Assembly: GCA_947626545.1 (NCBI GenBank)
Contig: CANQSS010000005.1
Coordinates: forward strand, 6,706 to 70,705
Direction of reading: 5' to 3'
Source of the DNA: an uncultured Akkermansia sp.
Lineage (GTDB): Bacteria > Verrucomicrobiota > Verrucomicrobiia > Verrucomicrobiales > Akkermansiaceae
Length of the DNA: 64,000 bases
Shown: one piece after another, positions 36,260 through 44,051 of the stretch
Layout of the letters: every line of letters starts with the position of its first letter
Position numbering within the stretch: the first letter of the stretch is position 1
Position numbers and translations under genes: made by a program
Notes under the pieces: generated by a model
What the model was told of the DNA's origin: nothing
The model's input: the letters and a program-made list of their open reading frames with translations, nothing else
Databases searched by the model: none

Positions 36260-37423
36260 CTATTTTTGCCAATTCAGCGTCGTTTCTATTTTCGCGAAAC
36301 ACTGTAAAGCCGCTTCCACTGTCTGATCCATATTGAAATATCGGTAGGAGGCAAGGCGGCCGAGAAAGTAAGTATTGGGTAAGGAGGATGCGAGTTGTTG
36401 ATAACGGCGATAGAGGGCGTCGTTTTCTGCAGATGGAATGGGGTAGTAAGGTTCGTTCTGACCGGGAGAGTAGGCGCAAGGGTATTCACGCGAGATGGTG
36501 GTATGTGGTGTTTTCTCGTCCATGAAGTATTTGTATTCCACACTTCGAGTGAAGTCATAGTTGCAGGGGAAATTGATTTGAAGACCAGACTGCGCAAACT
36601 CACGTGGCAAATTTCGGAACTGAATATCCAGACTTCGATAGGGGAGTGCGCCAAACTTGTAGTCGAAAAACTCATCAATCGGTCCTGTGAAGAAAAGCCG
36701 GTCGTAGGAAATCGTCTCCTTCACATCCGACCAATTCGTGTTGAGTCGTAGCTCAATGAGCGAGTGATCAATCATACGTCGTGCCAGCGCCGTATAGCCC
36801 TCGGACGGGACGGCCTGATACGTGTCACGAAAATAACGATCGTCGCGCCCAATGCGTATCGGCACGCGTCCACTCACGGAAGAATCCAGCTGCTCCGCCG
36901 TCAACCCCCACTGTTTCATCGTATACCCGGCAAACACCTTTTCATAGATAAAATCTGCCAGCTGGCGAAGATCCGCCTCTTCCGTCTCACGCAGTCTGAG
37001 GATGGGTACCTCCGTGTTAAACCCGAATGCCGCGATCAATTTTCCCTCGATGCGTGTTGCCATTGTGCGTGGAAAGAGCGCATGCAGTGAGTTGAGATTG
37101 AAGGGCACCGGCACCTCCGTACCATCCACCACCGCCTTCACACGGGACATGAATGGGTGCCATTCCGTAAAACGGCTCACATAGTCCCACACTTGTTTAT
37201 CATTCGTATGAAACACGTGTGGACCGTACCTATGCACCGTCACTCCTGTTTCGGGCTCCTTTTCATCGTAGATATTGCCGCCGATATGGGCGCGTTTGTC
37301 GATGATGAACACAGACTCGCCGAACTGAGAGGCTATACGCTCCGCCACGACCATGCCGGACAGACCGCAGCCTACCACAAGATTCTTCACGTGTTCCTTC
37401 TTCGATATATTCATAGAGTGCAA
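36260..37423 (-). CDS. glf: UDP-galactopyranose mutase
   Basis: 387 aa. VVGCGLSGMVVAERIA (FAD fold), IDKRAHIGGNIYDE, HRYGPHVFHT and GRLASYRYFNMDQ. Confidence 0.92.
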   Translation of the reverse strand: MHSMNISKKEHVKNLVVGCGLSGMVVAERIASQFGESVFIIDKRAHIGGNIYDEKEPETGVTVHRYGPHVFHTNDKQVWDYVSRFTEWHPFMSRVKAVVDGTEVPVPFNLNSLHALFPRTMATRIEGKLIAAFGFNTEVPILRLRETEEADLRQLADFIYEKVFAGYTMKQWGLTAEQLDSSVSGRVPIRIGRDDRYFRDTYQAVPSEGYTALARRMIDHSLIELRLNTNWSDVKETISYDRLFFTGPIDEFFDYKFGALPYRSLDIQFRNLPREFAQSGLQINFPCNYDFTRSVEYKYFMDEKTPHTTISREYPCAYSPGQNEPYYPIPSAENDALYRRYQQLASSLPNTYFLGRLASYRYFNMDQTVEAALQCFAKIETTLNWQK

Positions 37424-37496
37424 TGCTTCAAAAAATAAAATTCCCTGAAGCCCGATACTTCAGATCTCAAAATCAGCACCTGTTTCTTTTCCTCCA

Positions 37497-38750
37497 TCAG
37501 CGTTTTTTAAAAAAGCGGAAGTCTAATATGTGGTGCGAGCGCAACTCGCTCACCACGCGTTTCCAATCTGCCGCATCAAACTGCGGCCATTCCGTGAGAA
37601 TGACCAACACATCGGCTCCCTGCACCGCGCTGTACATATCGGGCGCATACCGGACGGTGTCGCCCAGAATACGGCGTGCCGTCGTCATCGCTTGCGGGTC
37701 ATAGACGCACACGTCCACGTAGTGACTCGTCAAGCGCTGCACAATCTCCACCGCGGGACTCTCCCGGCAGTCATCCGTCCCTTCCTTGAACGCCAGCCCC
37801 CAAACGGCTATCTTCGGAGAGGGTATATCCTCGACTTCCCTCAAGATACGCTGCGCCATGTTTTCGCGGCGTTTCTTGTTTCCCTTGATGGCTGCTCGAA
37901 TGAGCGAAAGTTCTACTCCCAACTTGCGCGCCATGTGTTCGATGGCTTTTGTATCTTTCGGGAAGCAGGAGCCACCATAACCGGGCCCGGGTCTGAGGAA
38001 GGCGGACCCGATGCGTGAATCCAGCCCCATACCCTGCGCGACCTCGTGGATATTGGCTCCTGCGGCCTCGCAGAAGTCTGCCATCTCGTTAATGTAATGG
38101 ATCTTCACCGCGAGGAAGGCATTGGAGGCGTACTTGATGGCCTCCGAGGAACGCCGCGCCACGAAGAGGAATCGAGGTACGTTGGGGAGATGAGCGTAGA
38201 GCCCGCGGATCAATTCACGCGCCCTGAGCGATTCGGTACCCACGACGATGCGCACAGGGTGGAAAAAGTCGTGGACGGCGTAGCCCTCCCTCAAAAATTC
38301 CGGAAGACTGATGACTTCCGCACGCGCACTCGGATTCAGACGACGCAACAGGGCTTCCACTTCATCTCCCGTGCCGACCGGTACTGTGGATTTGACCGCC
38401 ACGATGACATTGGACGGTAGAAAGGGAGCCACTTCCCTCACCGCCCCGAACAGGTAGCGCAAGTCGGCTTGACCGGTACGGCGATTCGGCGGCGTCCCCA
38501 CTGCCAACAGGACGAGCTGCACTCGGCGCACCCCCTCTGACATGTTATCGGTGAAAGAGAGTCGGCCGGACTCTAATCCGGACTTCAACAGCTCTTTGAG
38601 CCCCTCCTCAAAGAGTGTTACCTCTCCCGCACGCAATTTCTCCACCTTGGCACGGTCGCAGTCGATGCAGGTGACATCGTGCCCGAGCTTCGCCAGCCCC
38701 GCTCCCGTAGGAAGCCCCACGTATCCTGTTCCTATGACGGCTACTCTCAT
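37497..38750 (-). CDS. ugd: UDP-glucose 6-dehydrogenase (nucleotide-sugar dehydrogenase family)
   Basis: 417 aa. MRVAVIGTGYVGLPTGA and the catalytic GYGGSCFPKDTKA. Confidence 0.88.
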   Translation of the reverse strand: MRVAVIGTGYVGLPTGAGLAKLGHDVTCIDCDRAKVEKLRAGEVTLFEEGLKELLKSGLESGRLSFTDNMSEGVRRVQLVLLAVGTPPNRRTGQADLRYLFGAVREVAPFLPSNVIVAVKSTVPVGTGDEVEALLRRLNPSARAEVISLPEFLREGYAVHDFFHPVRIVVGTESLRARELIRGLYAHLPNVPRFLFVARRSSEAIKYASNAFLAVKIHYINEMADFCEAAGANIHEVAQGMGLDSRIGSAFLRPGPGYGGSCFPKDTKAIEHMARKLGVELSLIRAAIKGNKKRRENMAQRILREVEDIPSPKIAVWGLAFKEGTDDCRESPAVEIVQRLTSHYVDVCVYDPQAMTTARRILGDTVRYAPDMYSAVQGADVLVILTEWPQFDAADWKRVVSELRSHHILDFRFFKKR

Positions 38751-38875
38751 AATTGATTAGTTAACAAATCGGCAGTATTTATGGATTTCAACACGATACC
38801 CTCATGAGAATTTCTCGTCCCTCGCTGTCGAGAGTACCTGATTCTAATCTTTTGAATGACCACATAGATTAGGTC

Positions 38876-39820
38876 TTAAAGATGAGAAATGATCGTGTCA
38901 GAAATAGCAGAGGTGTCTTGTTTCAATGCGCTATATTCGGAAATGGAAGATGAGTAAGCCCATGGGAAATGCTCAAAGCTGTACATGGGCTGCAAATCGT
39001 TGTGGAATTTATTGTAGGAGTAAATGATGAACTGAGGAACGTGGAGATCACAAAGGACATCGCACAGACCACTGCGCAGAGCGATGATCGCCTTGGCGCG
39101 TGAGGCGAGAGCGTAGGCCTCCGGAATGGAGAACAGCGTGGAGTTGTAGAATACATCGTGACCTTTGGTTCGCAGAGAAGTTTCAATCTCATCCCAGAAA
39201 GCGGTCGGCAGAGCCTCGCAGGAACGGGCGGCGGGCGAGAGAAAAACGAAATTGTCCAGATTGAGCCGTAGGGCCTGCGCTTTGATGAGAGCGCTGCGTT
39301 CGACCTCCGAAGAGATAGCAGCGCGGGAGTATGAGAGAGGCGACACATCGACCTGCATATGCTCTGCCCACGACTGCAGGAAGGGCTTTCCCTGATTATT
39401 CAGCGCGATGAGTTGAGGGCCTGTGAGGAGGGGTTCAACGCAATTTCCGTCGATGCTTTGGGGCTCATTGAGTTCCGCCGCATTGCCACAGTAGAAGACC
39501 GGAATCTGCGGGGCAAACATGCGAAAGATGTCGGCATGCTGAGGACGGCTGCCGAAGACGAGTTCATCGGGTTTGTACCAGAGGGCGTGGGTGCGCGCGT
39601 ACGTGACCGCCTCGCCCGTGTTGTTGACGATCACCCTGATGCGGCGGTCGTGCACGCCGCGCACATTGGCGGCAAAGGCCTCTGCAAAGCTGTCGTACCG
39701 CTGTGCGTACTTCTTCACTTTGTATTGAATGCCCAGGAAATAGCGCTTCTCGCACAATTCCGTTTTCTTCACCCGGATGATGGGCAAACCAAATAAGTGG
39801 ACTTCTCGTTGCATCATCAC
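38876..39820 (-). CDS. Hypothetical protein, paralogue of 32913..33992
   Basis: 314 aa. AIIALRSGLCDVLCDL region is shared with the paralogue. Has a 4-nt overlap with the upstream HAD gene. Confidence 0.65.
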   Translation of the reverse strand: MMMQREVHLFGLPIIRVKKTELCEKRYFLGIQYKVKKYAQRYDSFAEAFAANVRGVHDRRIRVIVNNTGEAVTYARTHALWYKPDELVFGSRPQHADIFRMFAPQIPVFYCGNAAELNEPQSIDGNCVEPLLTGPQLIALNNQGKPFLQSWAEHMQVDVSPLSYSRAAISSEVERSALIKAQALRLNLDNFVFLSPAARSCEALPTAFWDEIETSLRTKGHDVFYNSTLFSIPEAYALASRAKAIIALRSGLCDVLCDLHVPQFIIYSYNKFHNDLQPMYSFEHFPWAYSSSISEYSALKQDTSAISDTIISHL

Positions 39821-40194
39821 ACCTCCTCATCAATGCTCCAATGAATATCCCACGTTCTGTCGCGCCGTTGCCTCACCGCATACGCCATGCACAAACCACT
39901 GGGCTTGTCGTCGTTGATGAGGATACGCTCTCCCACGGGCGCCCCGCAGATGAGCCAATTATAGCGGATTCCTTCTCGATGCAAAAAATCTTCCAACGCT
40001 GCCCTGTGCTCCTCCTTGCGGCTCGTGAGCAGCACCACCACGTCTTCCTCCGGCAGCTGCGCAAAAAACTCCTTCACCCCCGGCAGCAGTTCATCTCCGC
40101 CATGGAGGTGTCCGTTGTGCACGCAGAGTGTGCCGTCCACATCCAGAATCCAAGTGTGCGGCAAGGACGAGAGCGTGAGAGAGGCAGGAGTCAT
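39817..40194 (-). CDS. HAD-superfamily phosphatase (small, cap-less type)
   Basis: ORF 39817..40344 trimmed to ATG 40194, which overlaps the upstream stop as ATGA. WILDVDGTLC (DxDxT), VVLLTSRKE and ILINDDKP. Confidence 0.75.
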   Translation of the reverse strand: MTPASLTLSSLPHTWILDVDGTLCVHNGHLHGGDELLPGVKEFFAQLPEEDVVVLLTSRKEEHRAALEDFLHREGIRYNWLICGAPVGERILINDDKPSGLCMAYAVRQRRDRTWDIHWSIDEEV

Positions 40195-41738
40195 GCGCGC
40201 TGTTCGTCGAGGTAGGTTTGCAGTTCCAGAAGCCCTTTGTAGAAGGCGCCGCAGATGGCGTCGTAGTCCTCCCAGGCGTAGGTGGTGAGACTCAGCCAGA
40301 TAATCGCGTGCAGCAGCTTGATCTTGCGGCGATCTGCCCCGCACAGCTCAAAGAAGTCCTCCTCCAGTGCGCTCCATCCATTGGAGACGATTTCCAGCTC
40401 TACGTCCTTCTCACGGATCTCCAGAGAGAAATTCTTGCGGTTGAACTGGTCGTAGTCTCCCACCACGCTGTAGTAGAGCTTTGCCCAATCGTAGTCTGCG
40501 TCGCCGTACAGCGCCGTCTTGCCGAAATAGCCGCGCGGGTCGATGAGCACCGGTCGCACCCCCTCCGTTTCCAGCAGCATGTTGTGGAAGGTGCAGTCGC
40601 CGTGGATGAAGTGGAACTCGCTCGGGAACATACGGCGCATCTGCTCCACGACCTCGTCTTTGATGGCGTAGATGTTGCGGCAACGCTTGCCGTTGATGGT
40701 GACCCATTCATCCTGCGCAAAGGGGACGAGTTGCTGCACCTTGGCGAGGCGGTCGAAGGTTTTGGTGATGTAGTTGTTCTCGCAATCCGCCTGATTCGCG
40801 GGGATGGCGGGGGCGAGGTCGTGCAACTGCTTGAGGGCATCGACAATCTTCACCAGCAAGGCCCGCTTGAACCCGCGAGTCAGGAAGGCGTACTCATACA
40901 CATTCTTGCCGCGCACCTTCTCCATCACCAGCGGGGCGTAGCCGTAGATCTGCGGGATGTTTTCATAGCCCAGCTCCTTGGCCTTGCGGTACCAGTTGCC
41001 CTCATCCACGGCGAGCTTCTCACCCTGCGCGTTGATGGGGTACTTGATGACCACGTCGCCCTTGAAGTCCACCTTGTTGAACGGACGGCACTTCGGGCGA
41101 TTCAACTCGTTCTGGAAGTAGGAGAGCATGGTGCCCACCTCCAGCCCGCCGTACATATCCAGCCGCCGGAAAGAGAGCCCCTTTCCCGCCAAGTAACGCA
41201 CAAACTCTCCCTCTTGAGGGACGTCGGCTATCTGCCCCTTGTCGCGGAAAATGAACATGCCCGCCACACCGTTCTCCGCAGAGGCTTCTTCGCTGAACTG
41301 CCCGTCGCGGTACGACCAACGGCACGGGAAATCCTTGGAGATGCCCAGGTAGTTGCTCTCTACGGACTCCGGGATCCCTGTGACATCCGAGAGGATGAGG
41401 TCGCACCAGATGAGCATGAAGGGCGAAGCGGACGGTATGTGCTGCAGGGCCTCAGCAATGCCTGAACAGGTGCCCTTGCGCGCGGCGTCAATCACTTCGT
41501 AATTTGCCTCACAGAACGCCGAGAGATACCGCTTGAAGGTCTCCTTCTGGTAGTCTGCAATGATGAGGAACTTGGCCTGCGGATAGCGCTCGAAGAGATG
41601 AAAGATCATCGGACGATTATCCACGGGCACCAGAGCTTTCGGCTTGTTCGTGGTGAGCGTCTCCAGCTGCGAGCCGCGCCCGCCCGCCTGCACGATAATA
41701 TGGGGGATATTATTTCCTGGTCGGCTCTCTTCCGTCAT
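40191..41738 (-). CDS. Nucleotidyltransferase + APH/choline-kinase-like phosphotransferase fusion (sugar-1-phosphate activation)
   Basis: 515 aa. N-terminus is IIVQAGGRGSQLETLTTNKPKALVPVDNRPMI (NTP_transferase). C-terminus is FIHGDCTFHNMLLE...VLIDPRGYFG (kinase Brenner/DFG-like motifs). Confidence 0.85.
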   Translation of the reverse strand: MTEESRPGNNIPHIIVQAGGRGSQLETLTTNKPKALVPVDNRPMIFHLFERYPQAKFLIIADYQKETFKRYLSAFCEANYEVIDAARKGTCSGIAEALQHIPSASPFMLIWCDLILSDVTGIPESVESNYLGISKDFPCRWSYRDGQFSEEASAENGVAGMFIFRDKGQIADVPQEGEFVRYLAGKGLSFRRLDMYGGLEVGTMLSYFQNELNRPKCRPFNKVDFKGDVVIKYPINAQGEKLAVDEGNWYRKAKELGYENIPQIYGYAPLVMEKVRGKNVYEYAFLTRGFKRALLVKIVDALKQLHDLAPAIPANQADCENNYITKTFDRLAKVQQLVPFAQDEWVTINGKRCRNIYAIKDEVVEQMRRMFPSEFHFIHGDCTFHNMLLETEGVRPVLIDPRGYFGKTALYGDADYDWAKLYYSVVGDYDQFNRKNFSLEIREKDVELEIVSNGWSALEEDFFELCGADRRKIKLLHAIIWLSLTTYAWEDYDAICGAFYKGLLELQTYLDEQRA

Positions 41739-41763
41739 GGGGTGAAAACTGTTGGCGGGGAGT

Positions 41764-41948
41764 GTATCTCTTTTTGAAAGAGATACTCAGCATCTTTTTA
41801 ATTATCAATTAACAATAAGTCTATTATAATTTAAAATTAAGACAGATCGACAAAGACTGCCGTTCGCTTTTATGACATGATGGAAAGCTAAAATCCTACT
41901 TTTAAGGATTTTCATATTTTTGGGCTGGACATCTCTTTCAAAAAGAGA
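41764..41948. promoter_or_regulatory. Pair of related palindromes in the AT-rich leader of the glycan operon
   Basis: GTATCTCTT-TTTGA-AAGAGATAC (41764..41786) and ATCTCTTT-CAA-AAAGAGAT (41930..41948). A third palindrome AAAATCCT...AGGATTTT lies between them. No function demonstrated. Confidence 0.25.
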
Positions 41949-42047
41949 TATCTAAGCTTAACTCATTAAGTAACTGTTGGAAAAGTCAGAAAAAAGGGCA
42001 AAAGATTAAAAACGGAACAGATGCATATCTGACCCCAGAAACATACT

Positions 42048-42255
42048 ACATTTACGATTTACAACACGCACGACGGCTGTAAGTGCGTATGGACAGTGCA
42101 AATGCGCTGCCCGGAGGGTGAAAACTGGCGACGGCTGTAAGCCAGTTTGGCCAAAAGCATTAGCTTTTGCCCCGCAGGGGTTAAGGAGTCGTGAGGCGAC
42201 TCCGAAGCAACCGGCAATGGGGTGCCAGTGAGTCAACTTTCGATTTACGATTTGG
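42048..42255 (+). repeat. Family-2 hairpin-rich element embedded in a TTTACGA heptamer array
   Basis: The core 42061..42239 (ACAACACGCACGACGG...GAGTCAACTT) matches 15252..15508 and, in reverse, 14994..15112. Internal hairpins are AAAAGC-ATTA-GCTTTT and GGAGTCG-TGAGG-CGACTCC. Flanked by TTTACGATTT on both sides. Confidence 0.7.
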
Positions 42256-42376
42256 GAAAAATGCGCAGCGGGGCTGCGGGAAAACGGCCGGCCGTTGTAA
42301 CCGCGCGCGGGAATGGGGGTAGCCGCGGATACTCTGAACGGGTCTTCTCCCGGCATTCCCTACTTTCGGTGGGACG

Positions 42377-43469
42377 TCAGGATTGCTCTTTTTTCTTGCA
42401 ACGTTCCTCCAGTTCCAGCAGGTAGCGGTCGTAGTCCGAGAGGTACTCGCGATCCTGGATCACCCTGTATTTCTCAAACTCGCTCTCGGCATGCAAGCGG
42501 GCGATTTCCGCCGTCACCTTGCCCGCATCGGTAAGCACGCCGTATTCAAACATACGGATGAACCCATTGAGTCGTTGTTCCCAATCATGCATCGTCATGG
42601 GGATCTTACGTCGGGCCATCGTTTCGGCATAATCCAGGTAGGCATTCACCAGACGATTGAGCTGCGCCATTTCCTCTGCTGACAAGTAATTTTTCGCGAT
42701 AACGACATCGCTCTTGATGATTTTGCCTTCCGGTGCATCCTTCCATGTGGTCAATCCCATGTGCTTTTTTGTGGCATCTGCGCGATCCACAATCAACTCC
42801 GCAGCCGTATGCCCATGCACGGCGTAGTGCAGCTTATTTTGCACAGACGCGTAGAATCGTCGCGTAGCGGCAGCCGTGCGGTCGTATAGCGGCAGCCGTG
42901 CGGTCGTAATCAGTCGCGGTGGCGTAAATATCCGTGATCTTCTGATAAAATCTTCGTTCGCTCGCGCGGATCTCGCGCACGCGCTCCAGCTGCTCCTCGA
43001 AGTACTTATCGGTCAAGTAGGCGCCTTGCTTCAACCGCTCGTCGTCTATTACCCAACCTTTGATGGTGTACTCCATCGCGATCGCGTTGACCCACTTGCG
43101 GAACTGGACGGCGCGCTCAGAGTTCACCTTGAACCCCACCGCTATCGCCATCTGCAACCCATAGTGATTCACGTTGTACTTTTTCCCGTCCGGGGCAGTT
43201 ATTAGAAATTTTCGAACAACTGAATCCTCTTGAAGCTCAGCGTCTTCGAAAACTTTCTTGATGTGGTAATTGATCGTGGGCACCTCCACGCCGTATATCC
43301 CCGCGAGCATCTTCTGCGTCAGCCAGATATTTTCATCCTCATAGCGAATTTCAAAACTCTCCCCGCCATCGCCGACCGATGCCACATAGGTCAAATACTC
43401 CGCAGCAGAACTGCGCAAACTCACTTGTGCCTTGCTTCCCTTCACACGATCATTGTACGCGCACACCAC
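42377..43469 (-). pseudogene. RhuM-family protein gene, frameshifted by a 22-bp tandem duplication
   Basis: ORFs 42834..43469 (…WLTQKMLAGIYGVEVPTINYHIKKVF…ERRFYQKITDIYATATDYDRTAA) and 42377..42844 (QNKLHYAVHGHTAAELI…) are the two halves of one RhuM-like protein. Removing one duplication unit restores ...DYDRTAAATRRFYASVQNKLHYAVHG. Confidence 0.85.
42865..42908. repeat. Perfect 22-bp x2 tandem duplication
   Basis: TAGCGGCAGCCGTGCGGTCGTA occurs at 42865..42886 and again at 42887..42908. Confidence 0.9.
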
Positions 43470-43586
43470 CGCCTAAGTCAATACGATTTACAATGCGATT
43501 AATTAGGGCAAGCGCACATTCGTCCCAAGAAAAAGCACCCCCAATAGGTAGCTGACGGCACATCATGCAATATAAGCCGTTGGTTA

Positions 43587-43822
43587 TTTACGATTTACGA
43601 TTTGAATGCTAGCGCACTACGCGCGTTCCTGCGAAGCAAAAGCGAAGCGGAACTTTCGAAGACGATGGTGCGTTGATAGAAGGAAAACATCTGCTGTTAC
43701 GCTATGCTCTCTGCTCAATCATCAATGGTTTGAGCTTCTTGCTGGCTTATCTCCTTCATCCATGGGAAACGCACGAGGAATGGGTTGAATGAGCCCGGAG
43801 AAGACTTTATTGGGAGACGTGT
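43587..43822 (+). repeat. Module-3 intergenic repeat, partial copy
   Basis: (TTTACGA)x2, then sequence whose 3' ~120 bp (…CTGCTCAATCATCAATGGTTTGAGCTTCT…CCATGGGAAACGCACGAGGAATGGGTTGAATGAGCCCGGAGAAGACTTTATTGGGAGACGTGTGG) matches 15560..15635 and 4000..4070. Confidence 0.7.
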
Positions 43823-44010
43823 GGGGCAAACGCATTTGAGAGAAGTCAATCAGCAGAGAAAATACTCTTATTGACCGATATCATTGCTTACACGTATCAA
43901 AAATCGTGGCAACCAATGGTCATCATGATGACGGCTCCAAAGCCCTCCCCCGCATACGTTGGCGGTTCGGGAAAATCTACGCAACGCGCACATTATTAAT
44001 GAATCGAAAA
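43823..44010 (+). repeat. Family-1 MITE, copy lacking the right-end hairpin
   Basis: GGGGCAAACGCATTTGAGAGAAGTCAATCAGCAGAGAAAATACTCTTATTGACCGATATC... aligns to 911..~1095. Confidence 0.7.
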
Positions 44011-44051
44011 TTGCAGTGAGGAGCGAAGCTGCAGAAAGGGCGACGGCACGG

